Shown one piece after another: positions 38,601 to 45,927 of a DNA stretch of 64,000 bases. The stretch comes from Candidatus Latescibacterota bacterium (lineage in GTDB: Bacteria > Latescibacterota > UBA2968 > UBA8231): contig CBDETY010000003.1 of the NCBI GenBank assembly GCA_965243025.1, forward strand, positions 4,992,001-5,056,000, read 5' to 3'. Position 1 is the stretch's first letter. Each line of letters starts with the position of its first letter. A program made the translations under genes and the position numbers. The notes under the pieces are model-generated. The model was not told where the DNA came from. It did no database searches and saw nothing but the letters and a program-made list of their open reading frames with translations.

Positions 38601-40114
38601 AAGGAATCGCTTCCCCCCTCGGGGGACATGTCGATATCGGCGTCGATCAGGTGTTGGATCAGGGCTACGATGAAACGGGTCTGCGCCGCCAGGCCGGGGT
38701 ACTCCAGCATCCCCGGGAGATCTCCCGGGGAATCGAAACGGGCGCGCTCGTCGGCTGCCGAAACCAGTGTCATCCCCAGCATGCCCGACAGAGACGCCAC
38801 GGCCCCGGAGACCGGAACCCGTTCGGGAAGGGCACCGAGAAGCCGGCGCCGGCGCAAGGGCTTCAAAGCCCCGCCCAGAATCATCTCCCCCTGAAGGTTG
38901 CGCTCCTCGTAAGTCTCGGTAAACGAGGTGATCGGGTCGTAGATCGAGGGGGGGATCCGGCGCACCCGGTACGGTGGGCCGGCCTGTACCAGTGCCAGCT
39001 GCCGGCTGCGGGAACTCAGGTCCAGGCCGATGTAGCACGCGATCTCCAGACCGCAAAGAAGGCTTCTCAACTGCCGGTCCTGCGAGCCCGCGTGCGAGCT
39101 CGGGCTGCTCTCTTCTCCGGCCGTGCCGCAGGAGCGCAGGAAATCGATGAAATCCCGCATTCCGGCAAGTGCCTGAAAGTGGCCTGCCGTCGCCACGAGT
39201 ACGGCGGTGCGCCGCGGGGGGTGGGCGGCCAGGGCCGCTGCCAGCTCCATCCAGGCGGCGGCGCCGCTCGCCTGATCGGCTCCCGGTGCCAGGGCCGGTA
39301 CCGCGGAGATGGCGTCGTAGTACGAGCCGACAACAACCGCTTCCCGGCGGAGGGCGGGATCGATGCCCGGAATCACGGCGACCACGGTTCGGGCGGGCGC
39401 GTTGCGCCAGACCATGCTCCCGGAGATGACGGCCCTGACCGGCTGCGCCGGAGACCGGGTATCGGACAGCACGTTCCGAAGTTTCCCGCTCGCAGCTGCC
39501 GGGGCGTAGAATCGCGGCAAGTCCGCTGGGGTCGTCAGGTATTTTTGCGAGCTCTCCCAACGACGGCCGGGTCCAGGACCGGAGGGGGCCAGGAATATTA
39601 CCGCCTCTGCGCCGAGGTCGAAGGCGCGGACCCAGCGGCGGCCGCAGTCGTATTCGAAGACGGCGATGGCCCCCCGCATCGGGGATCCGTCCAACTCGGA
39701 AGGGTTGCCGCTGCCGGCGTAGACCAGGGGACCCGCGATTCCGGGTGGGGGGACGGTGGAGGTGCGCACCAGGTTGGGCCACATGTGCTGGAGCGCGTAC
39801 GCGCTCGAACCCGGCACCCCCGGGAAGCGCAGGGCGGCTCCCCGATCCAGGGGGACCGGAGTGTGGAACCGGCGCGCGTGGACTTCGCGCAGACCCAGGT
39901 TTTCCAGGTATTCGGTCAGGAATTGCGCCGCTGCGAAGGCGCCGGGATATCCGGTAACCCTCGAGTCCATGGCCGCCAGCTGCTCGATACGGTACTGCAG
40001 CCTCGCTTCCAGGTCCTCTTCCGACAGTTCCCCCATTATTGCCCCGGCGCTGAGAAACAGGGTGGCAAAGGCTGTCCATCCCAGCAATTGACAGGGGGCG
40101 TTGATGAGACTCAT
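35681..40114 (-). CDS. Large fusion: M28 peptidase-like/PA domain + MacB/FtsX-like permease (1477 aa)
   Basis: SRVTGYPG and PGAD.ASG..WMEL (M28 fold); RRRPWRTALT TM and SVYER..EIGTLNAVG..FLAEA (FtsX domain). Confidence 0.85.
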   Translation of the reverse strand: MSLINAPCQLLGWTAFATLFLSAGAIMGELSEEDLEARLQYRIEQLAAMDSRVTGYPGAFAAAQFLTEYLENLGLREVHARRFHTPVPLDRGAALRFPGVPGSSAYALQHMWPNLVRTSTVPPPGIAGPLVYAGSGNPSELDGSPMRGAIAVFEYDCGRRWVRAFDLGAEAVIFLAPSGPGPGRRWESSQKYLTTPADLPRFYAPAAASGKLRNVLSDTRSPAQPVRAVISGSMVWRNAPARTVVAVIPGIDPALRREAVVVGSYYDAISAVPALAPGADQASGAAAWMELAAALAAHPPRRTAVLVATAGHFQALAGMRDFIDFLRSCGTAGEESSPSSHAGSQDRQLRSLLCGLEIACYIGLDLSSRSRQLALVQAGPPYRVRRIPPSIYDPITSFTETYEERNLQGEMILGGALKPLRRRRLLGALPERVPVSGAVASLSGMLGMTLVSAADERARFDSPGDLPGMLEYPGLAAQTRFIVALIQHLIDADIDMSPEGGSDSFGRLEGRVVRWGPQSYQPDEPVEGALVRARTFGKTTMGVHADPLAMTGKDGRFTLTGLEARTLYLKGTRLEAYQVDPASGRVISALDRGPLGTGKYPAEVLMDDLEKECTLVTFPCAGVTLFDLVDPRRLAVLDHVRILESGKEAEPASFGYCLPPTASQVARDGYHHLVGPDTESTAVLFVPPGTDLKAILSGGRFGLGRRGLLLNGSPDAATGSGYSAFASRLPATALHLARDTHGLNRERLEQLESHGIASSLLSDLNDAAQETLGRAASACEEGRNTACTGESRRAWALASQAYGATQSLSAGAVQGVVFVLFLLIPFAVLGERLLLASRGIRGQVAGSVALFAAAFAVLRFSHPSFELSLYPSLILLGFAILSLSLAVIGLGITRLNAQLRLAGSPASALHRAGSARGGILWRSFALGVAQMRRRPWRTALTASTLVLLTCTLASFTSVRAGHRFNRTPVSDHLPGGTVPPALMLRMPEFAAIEAAVIDHLALRFSSGTVAARRWYLKPVQVRGRNGSSRVEAVAGVSAFENLVNPIDDALLSGRWMAAGETACVLPANQADLLGVQAGNLGTATVRVFGADYPVVGIVDPERYDQLRDISGDPLTPLDVEVHQPDEQRVGIDRGGLQPAFVHLSSSQVLFLSGDAVARWGEWSRVASIAVLFENQAAARRDIDEMALTSELNLFARLDDGTFRINTVGVRVFSGRRGVWIPLLIAALIAFNTMLGSVYERLPEIGTLNAVGLAPGHVAGLFLAEAGAFCLLSAVLGSLLGFAIAQAGTFHLLPGLTVNYSSLSAVATVAVVMAVVLASAAYPALMASRICTPGIERSWTLPRPRGDLLMLSLPFSLNRKEAHGFARFLREYLGAFDDQSTGALFYAEDVAEKSAGEIDARVWLAPFDQGVSQTVRLVLAPDVDHRFFTLETTIERLSGNEATWWRANRIFVDSIRKQFLVWRNLPAEHRGAYLEPAT

Positions 40115-40208
40115 CTTCTTGTTTTACAAATAGCTATGGCAATTTGCAGGCAGCCGGAACGAGCTTTCCTCGAACACGCACAGACGCATCGGTGTCGGTG
40201 AGAGTATC

Positions 40209-40859
40209 ATGGAATCATCTGCGGACAGACCTTCGCCTGGCAGAAGACCGGCGTTGAAGCTCGTTGAAAAGGCGGTGCCCGAAATCGGCATGGACGAGGA
40301 GGAGCGCATCGGCCGCATAGTGGCCGGGGATGGTTCGGCTTTCGCTGAACTCGTCCGGGAATTTTATCCGCTGGCATATGGGTTGGCTCACCGGGTACTT
40401 CTGGATCCCGAAGACGCGGAGGAAGTCGTTCAGGACGCATTCGTGAAGATTCACGCGGCGCTGATCAGCTTCCGCGGCCATTCCTCGCTCAAAACGTGGA
40501 TTCTGCGGATCGTCCTGCGCCTCAGTCTCAATCGCCGCCGCGACCGCTCCCGCAGCAATTGGTACCGTCTGGGATTGCACCGCGGAAGCGACGATCTGTT
40601 CAACCCTCCGGATCCTCGAGGGTTTTCCGCCAATCCCGAAGCGGAGTGCATTTCTGCCGAAACCCGTCGCGTGGTGCTCAGGTTGGTGGACGAACTTCCC
40701 GAGGGACTGCGTGAAACCCTGCTGTTGAACAGCATGGAAGAACTGTCTTACGAAGAGATTGCCCGGGTGCTGGGTGTCCCGATCGGGACTGTCAGCTCCC
40801 GGATTTACAGCGCGCGCCGCCGGCTGCTTCCGAAGCTGCGCCGGCACGGGCTCGTCTGA
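40209..40859 (+). CDS. ECF (group 4) RNA polymerase sigma factor
   Basis: DAEEVVQDAF region 2, SLKTWILRI, LSYEEIA..LGVPIGTVSSRI region 4. Confidence 0.95.
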   Translation: MESSADRPSPGRRPALKLVEKAVPEIGMDEEERIGRIVAGDGSAFAELVREFYPLAYGLAHRVLLDPEDAEEVVQDAFVKIHAALISFRGHSSLKTWILRIVLRLSLNRRRDRSRSNWYRLGLHRGSDDLFNPPDPRGFSANPEAECISAETRRVVLRLVDELPEGLRETLLLNSMEELSYEEIARVLGVPIGTVSSRIYSARRRLLPKLRRHGLV

Positions 40860-40891
40860 ACCGGCGCGCACCTGGCCTGGAGAGGCAACGA

Positions 40892-41263
40892 ATGTCGATA
40901 CTGCCGTGGGACAAGAAGAAACTGGAAACGCCGCTTTCCGCCTACATCGACGGCGAGCTCGGCAGCGAGGAACAGGCCGAAATCGGAGAACGGGTTGTCT
41001 TCGAGCCACAGGCGCGGGAGCTACTCGACCTGTTTCGCCGTGCCAAAGGCCTGGTGGACCGGGCCGCAATCCCCGACCGGGTCCCGGCGCGGGAAATGCC
41101 CGAACATCTTTGGGAACAGGTTGGCGTGGAAGACGGGTTTGATCCGGGCCCGCAACGAACCAGCAGGTGGCGGACGCGTAATTCTGCAGCCATCCTCTCG
41201 GTCGGTCTGCTGGTCACTGCCGGGGTAGCGCTGCTCGGCCTGCGCCGCCGGGGATTGGTTTGA
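40892..41263 (+). CDS. Membrane-anchored anti-sigma factor
   Basis: LSAYIDGEL anti-sigma domain start, single C-terminal TM, directly downstream of the ECF sigma. Confidence 0.8.
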   Translation: MSILPWDKKKLETPLSAYIDGELGSEEQAEIGERVVFEPQARELLDLFRRAKGLVDRAAIPDRVPAREMPEHLWEQVGVEDGFDPGPQRTSRWRTRNSAAILSVGLLVTAGVALLGLRRRGLV

Positions 41264-41293
41264 TCGGAATCGCCCCGTAGAGGGGAGAGAAAT

Positions 41294-42163
41294 GTGAGCT
41301 GGTTCGATAAAATGAAGAGCGGGATTCTGACCCGCATCCGCCGCGAGATTCCGGAGGGTATCTGGTCGAAATGCGAGCAATGCGGCGAGACAACCTACAA
41401 CAATGCTCTCGAGCGGAGCGGCTGGATCTGCCCCGGCTGCGGAAATCACCTTCACATAGGCTTCGACAAATACGTCGAACTGTTGCTCGACCGCGGGACA
41501 GTCGAGCAGATCAATGCCGGCATCTCCACCGCCGATCCGCTTCGCTTTCGCGATCACCGCCGCTACACCGACCGGATCCGGGACGGGCGCAAGGCCAGCA
41601 ACCTCAACGAAGCGGTGTGGACCGGAACAGGTTTGCTCGACGGCCACCAGGTTGCTTTGGGAATCATGGATACCCGCTACATTCTCGGAAGCATGGGCGG
41701 GGCCACGGGTGAGAAAGTCGCGCGCTTGATAGATCGCGCCCTCGTCGACCGGCGGACCTTGATCATCGTTTGCCAGTCGGGCGGAGCCCGCATGCAGGAG
41801 AGCACCTACTCGCTGATGCAGATGGCCAAAATCAGCTCCCGGCTGCGCCGTCTCTCGGATGCCGGCCTGCTTTACGTGTCGGTGTTGACCGACCCGACGT
41901 ACGGGGGAGTGACCGCCAGCTTCGCCATGCTCGGGGATGTCATCCTCGCCGAGCCGGGGGCCCGCGTCGGGTTCGCAGGACCCTCCGTCATCAAGCAGTT
42001 TCTCGGAGTCGACGAGCTGCCGGACGGTTTCCAGATAGCCGAGAACGTACTGAGGCACGGGTTCGTCGATCGGGTGGTGCGCCGGGATGAACTGGTCCCC
42101 ACTCTGTCCCGGCTGATGGCCCTGCTTGCTCCCGAGCCCGCCCGAGCCGCCGTCGCCGGCTGA
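41294..42163 (+). CDS. accD: Acetyl-CoA carboxylase carboxyltransferase beta subunit
   Basis: WSKCEQC..CPGC Zn finger, GSMG, SGGARMQE, PTYGGVTASF, GFAG. Confidence 0.97.
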   Translation: MSWFDKMKSGILTRIRREIPEGIWSKCEQCGETTYNNALERSGWICPGCGNHLHIGFDKYVELLLDRGTVEQINAGISTADPLRFRDHRRYTDRIRDGRKASNLNEAVWTGTGLLDGHQVALGIMDTRYILGSMGGATGEKVARLIDRALVDRRTLIIVCQSGGARMQESTYSLMQMAKISSRLRRLSDAGLLYVSVLTDPTYGGVTASFAMLGDVILAEPGARVGFAGPSVIKQFLGVDELPDGFQIAENVLRHGFVDRVVRRDELVPTLSRLMALLAPEPARAAVAG

Positions 42164-42260
42164 GACCGGTTTTGGCCGAATCGACCCGGCCCCGATATCT
42201 ACCCCTCCCGCTTCTCGCCCGCGCCTTTTCCATATAGTAAGCGCACCCGGGTTTTTCCGG

Positions 42261-43604
42261 TCAGAAAATGTTGCGGAATTTGAGACTGGTGTAGTTCTGC
42301 TCCTCGGAGAACCCGATTTCCAGGCGGATCACGAAATCCGAGTTCCAGTAAAGCCGTTGTGCAGCCCCTGCGGTCCAGTGCATTTCGAACATGTTCAGTC
42401 TTTTCAGTCCCGGCTGCGCCTGGCCCGAATCGATGAAAAGCACCGTGTGCCATTCGAGGTACTGCTTGAACAGGTGGTCCGACCGCACGTGACAGCGGAG
42501 CTCGGTATTGGTGATAACCCGGACGTTGTCGGTGAAGCGCTGTCGGTCGAAGCCCCGCAGGGAATCGGACCCGCCGAGTCCCTTCAAGCGGCGGCTCCCT
42601 CCTATTTCTCCGTAGGCGTACAGTGGCACGGTGCCTTTCAGGATATCGAGAACCGTACGGTGGGCGAGATTTAGACGGGTCGACAGGGGAAGAAAGCGGC
42701 TGTCGGTGAGTGTCGAACGCTGAAAGTCGATCTGCTCGAACAGCAATCCCAGCAACGAATTGCGCGACGATTCGTACGACCATTCGTGAAAGGTCCCGGT
42801 TCTGGGGATAACCGGGTCGTCCCGGGTGTCCCAGCGCACGGTGATGCTCGCGAATCCGGTGATTCCGTCCTTGACGCCGTCCGGGGTGTCGTTGACGACA
42901 TAGAACGCCGTGTCGCCGCGCCGGTCGATGTCGGTGCGTTCCAGTCCGAAGCCGACCGAGAGGAGCATGGGACCGTAGATCTTCCGCAGGAGGTTCATCA
43001 GCAGCCGGGGAGAGCTGAGTATGTAGTGGTAATAGTCCTTGTCGATAAACGAGGGGTGATTCCGGTCCACGAACCCCTTGTTGTTCTCGCTGTCGTTTCC
43101 AAGTCCGTAGTAACGCACGCCGATATCCCGCTTGACGCTGGCCAGCAGGCGTACCCCGAAACCGGTTCCGGAGATACGGGGCACCTTGAGCTTCAGGAAG
43201 TAGTTGATGCGGCCGTTGGTGGAGTTCTGTGAGAAGAAAGTCAGCTTGAACCGGTATGGCCTGCGGCTGTAGTCGGCCAGCTGCAACCGCGTTCCGTAGT
43301 TCCATCCAGTGGAGGGGCTGAAGTATAGAATAGGGAGACCGGTGAACCCGTAGTCGACGCCGCCAATGGTGAACTGGCGTCTTTTTGCCATCCAGCGAAC
43401 CGCTTCCAGTTTGCCTGGTATCGAGTTCGCCGAGTCGGAAGCAACAGCGTTTTGTGCGTCGCCGGAATCGGTGTCCGCAATCGCCGCGGACGGCTGGAGC
43501 CCTGGCCCCGCGATCATCCAGAAAGCGGCGGAAAGCAGGAAGGCGGCCGCCACCCCTGCCTGCCGGGGGTATGTGGGCAGGTGCGCGCGCCGGGGAGGTG
43601 TCAC
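42261..43604 (-). CDS. Omp85/BamA-TamA family outer membrane beta-barrel protein
   Basis: Signal peptide, alternating beta strands, DTRD, LGG..SLRGF lid motif, C-terminal Phe. Confidence 0.82.
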   Translation of the reverse strand: MTPPRRAHLPTYPRQAGVAAAFLLSAAFWMIAGPGLQPSAAIADTDSGDAQNAVASDSANSIPGKLEAVRWMAKRRQFTIGGVDYGFTGLPILYFSPSTGWNYGTRLQLADYSRRPYRFKLTFFSQNSTNGRINYFLKLKVPRISGTGFGVRLLASVKRDIGVRYYGLGNDSENNKGFVDRNHPSFIDKDYYHYILSSPRLLMNLLRKIYGPMLLSVGFGLERTDIDRRGDTAFYVVNDTPDGVKDGITGFASITVRWDTRDDPVIPRTGTFHEWSYESSRNSLLGLLFEQIDFQRSTLTDSRFLPLSTRLNLAHRTVLDILKGTVPLYAYGEIGGSRRLKGLGGSDSLRGFDRQRFTDNVRVITNTELRCHVRSDHLFKQYLEWHTVLFIDSGQAQPGLKRLNMFEMHWTAGAAQRLYWNSDFVIRLEIGFSEEQNYTSLKFRNIF

Positions 43605-43620
43605 TGGCTTTTTGCGGATT

Positions 43621-44460
43621 TCAGCGCCTGGTTGCTCCCCGTTCGAATCGACAGCGGTCTTGGGAACTGGCTTCCACGTTGAGATCGAATCGAAGCGGGG
43701 TCATCGCCACGGCCCCGTCGGCGAGGGTTTTCAGGTCCCCGCGTCGACCTGACGGGACGGCGGGATTGGCGAAAAAATCCAGTTTATCGAAACCATACGC
43801 GTAACCCCCTTTCCCAGTCTCCTGGAAGAAGGATCCGTAGCGGCAATCGGTGACTCCAGCGAAGCGCCTCGGGCTGTCCCGGGTTACACCTGGCGGCATG
43901 TTTACCGAGAGAATGGAAGCTTCGGAGGGCAGACCGCCTGCCAGTACCTCGCCGACGATCTCAGCCGCTACCGAGGCGGCCCTGCAAAAGGTTTTGCCCA
44001 GGCGGCCGGGGTTGCGGTTCGTCCTCCAGTCCCGGTAGTCCTCGCTGCGCAGCTGCAAAGAAAAAGCCACCGCGGGAATGCCGCTGAGCATGCCCTCGAC
44101 AGCCGCGCCGATGGTGCCGGAGCTGAGCAGGTAAGCCAGACCTGCATTGGCGCCGATGTTGATGCCGGAAACCAGCAGCGAAGGTTTGCCCGGCCTGAGT
44201 TTGTGGATTCCGAGGTTGGCGCAGTCGGCCGGGGAGCCGTTCGCAGTGAAGAACGGAATGCTTTCGCGTTCCCGGGGGGTGAGTTCCACCTCGCCGAAGC
44301 GGCTCATGGTCTTCGAGGACCAGCTGTACTCCCGATCGGGGACAAGGGCGCTCACCTCCGACCGGGCCAGCAACTCCCGCATCAACGGCACCAATCCCGG
44401 GGAATCGCACCCATCGTCATTGGTCACCAGCACCCAGGAAGTCTCATCCCTGACGGTCAT
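43621..44460 (-). CDS. surE: 5'/3'-nucleotidase SurE
   Basis: LVTNDDG, GSPADC, VSGINIGAN, SGT motifs. Confidence 0.95.
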   Translation of the reverse strand: MTVRDETSWVLVTNDDGCDSPGLVPLMRELLARSEVSALVPDREYSWSSKTMSRFGEVELTPRERESIPFFTANGSPADCANLGIHKLRPGKPSLLVSGINIGANAGLAYLLSSGTIGAAVEGMLSGIPAVAFSLQLRSEDYRDWRTNRNPGRLGKTFCRAASVAAEIVGEVLAGGLPSEASILSVNMPPGVTRDSPRRFAGVTDCRYGSFFQETGKGGYAYGFDKLDFFANPAVPSGRRGDLKTLADGAVAMTPLRFDLNVEASSQDRCRFERGATRR

Positions 44461-44649
44461 CGAACACCATTTGGCATCGCTCGAAGCGAGTGGTTGACGG
44501 CCGGAACCGGTCGGATTCCGACCCTTCTCTCACGCCCTCGGAAGATATACTATCAACAAATCGGCTGTGCACCAACCAGCGATTTGATTATCTTGTGTAA
44601 ATGATGTACAGGCTTTGGGTTAAGAGCGTTTTTCGGGTGTGCGGACAGC

Positions 44650-44961
44650 ATGGATAATGCAGCGATTCACCGCGAGCTCGAGGCGGTTACGGAACAGCTC
44701 GGAGTCGAGATCCGTGTCGCTGATCTGGAGGGTAGCAGGGGGGGCATTTGCAGGCTCGGCGAAAAGCGATTCCTGCTGGTCGACGCCAACCTGTCCCTGG
44801 CAGAACGTGTTCGGCTGATGCTCGACGAGATCGTCAATCTGCCGCTGGAGACGGTTTTCGTGCGGCCTCAGGTGCGGGAACTGCTCGAAGCCCGGGGCGT
44901 CGGTTTCCCCCCGAAAGCATCGCCCCGACGACCGTCGGAAAACGGGAAAACCTCTGCATAG
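44650..44961 (+). CDS. Hypothetical protein (103 aa)
   Basis: Compact ORF with typical codon usage; GGICRL and VFVRPQVRELLE segments. Confidence 0.7.
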   Translation: MDNAAIHRELEAVTEQLGVEIRVADLEGSRGGICRLGEKRFLLVDANLSLAERVRLMLDEIVNLPLETVFVRPQVRELLEARGVGFPPKASPRRPSENGKTSA

Positions 44962-45008
44962 TCTCCGGCACGAGGTTGGCTGCTGAAGCAGTCCCCCCCC
45001 GGGAATCC

Positions 45009-45037
45009 TTGCCGGGTGAACGGCAGCTCTGTATATT
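45009..45037 (+). promoter_or_regulatory. Putative sigma70 promoter of rpmI-rplT
   Basis: TTGCCG-N17-TATATT about 33 bp upstream of rpmI. Confidence 0.6.
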
Positions 45038-45070
45038 CTGAGATTTGCCCAAACGCCAAACCCCCGCAAA

Positions 45071-45268
45071 ATGCCCAAGCTCAAGACACACAGGTCTTCC
45101 GGCAAGCGTTTCAAGAGACGCGGCGGCTCCAATCTGAAACGGCAGAAGGCATATGGCACCCATATGCTGCGCAAGCGATCTACGAAGCGAAAGCGGGAAT
45201 TGCGGAAGAACCTCGCAGTCTCCGCTGCCGACAGCGCCAACGTCAGGCGCGCCCTGGGAATGAAGTAG
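45071..45268 (+). CDS. rpmI: 50S ribosomal protein L35
   Basis: MPKLKTH...KRFK, basic 65 aa, directly upstream of rplT. Confidence 0.96.
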   Translation: MPKLKTHRSSGKRFKRRGGSNLKRQKAYGTHMLRKRSTKRKRELRKNLAVSAADSANVRRALGMK

Positions 45269-45271
45269 CCC

Positions 45272-45625
45272 ATGCCCCGCGCCAAGAACAGCGTCGCATC
45301 CAGACGGCGGCGAAAAAAGGTCCTGAAACAGGCCAAGGGGTACTTTGGTGCCCGAGGGCGTCTGTTCAGGACTGCCAGGGAGGCGGTGAACCGCGCCCAG
45401 GCATACGCATACCGCGACCGGCGCAATCGAAAGCGTGATTTTCGTCGTCTTTGGATTGCCCGTATCAACGCGGCCGCCCGCCTGCATGGACTGTCTTACA
45501 GTCAGTTGATGAACGGCCTTTCCCGGGCCGACATCGCCGTAAACCGCAAAATCCTCGCCGATCTGGCCGTTCGCGACCCAGGCGCATTTGCGTCGGTCGT
45601 TGAAGAGGCCAAGTCACACCTGTAG
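45272..45625 (+). CDS. rplT: 50S ribosomal protein L20
   Basis: [31 protein letters not shown]. Confidence 0.98.
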   Translation: MPRAKNSVASRRRRKKVLKQAKGYFGARGRLFRTAREAVNRAQAYAYRDRRNRKRDFRRLWIARINAAARLHGLSYSQLMNGLSRADIAVNRKILADLAVRDPGAFASVVEEAKSHL

Positions 45626-45658
45626 GTCGCGAGCCTGTGGGGCGTCGACTTCGAGCCC

Positions 45659-45826
45659 CTAGTGCCCCGTCGCAGAAATATCTCGACATTGGGACACCGA
45701 TCCATCCCGGCTCACGGCGTTGCCTTCGCTCGCCGTACACCCTCGGTACGACTCGCTCAGGCGCCTTGTGAGCCGGGCGCCTCGGCGTCCCAATTTTGTC
45801 AATCTATCTCTGCGACGGGACACTAG
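45659..45826. mobile_element. 168-bp palindromic MITE-like element, copy 2
   Basis: Same element as 17485..17652 (10 substitutions counted by eye), CTAG at both ends. Confidence 0.85.
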
Positions 45827-45927
45827 CGACTCGCGGCGTTCCACTTTTTTCAATCATTCCCACCGACCGACCGAACCGATGGTCGTTCCGATGATGTGTC
45901 AACGGTGCGCTGCGGTGGAGTCAGGCA

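Noticed and set aside
40136-40149. TGGCAATTTGCA as a second sigma54 site
   Set aside because: The GG-to-GC spacing is too short for a -24/-12 promoter.
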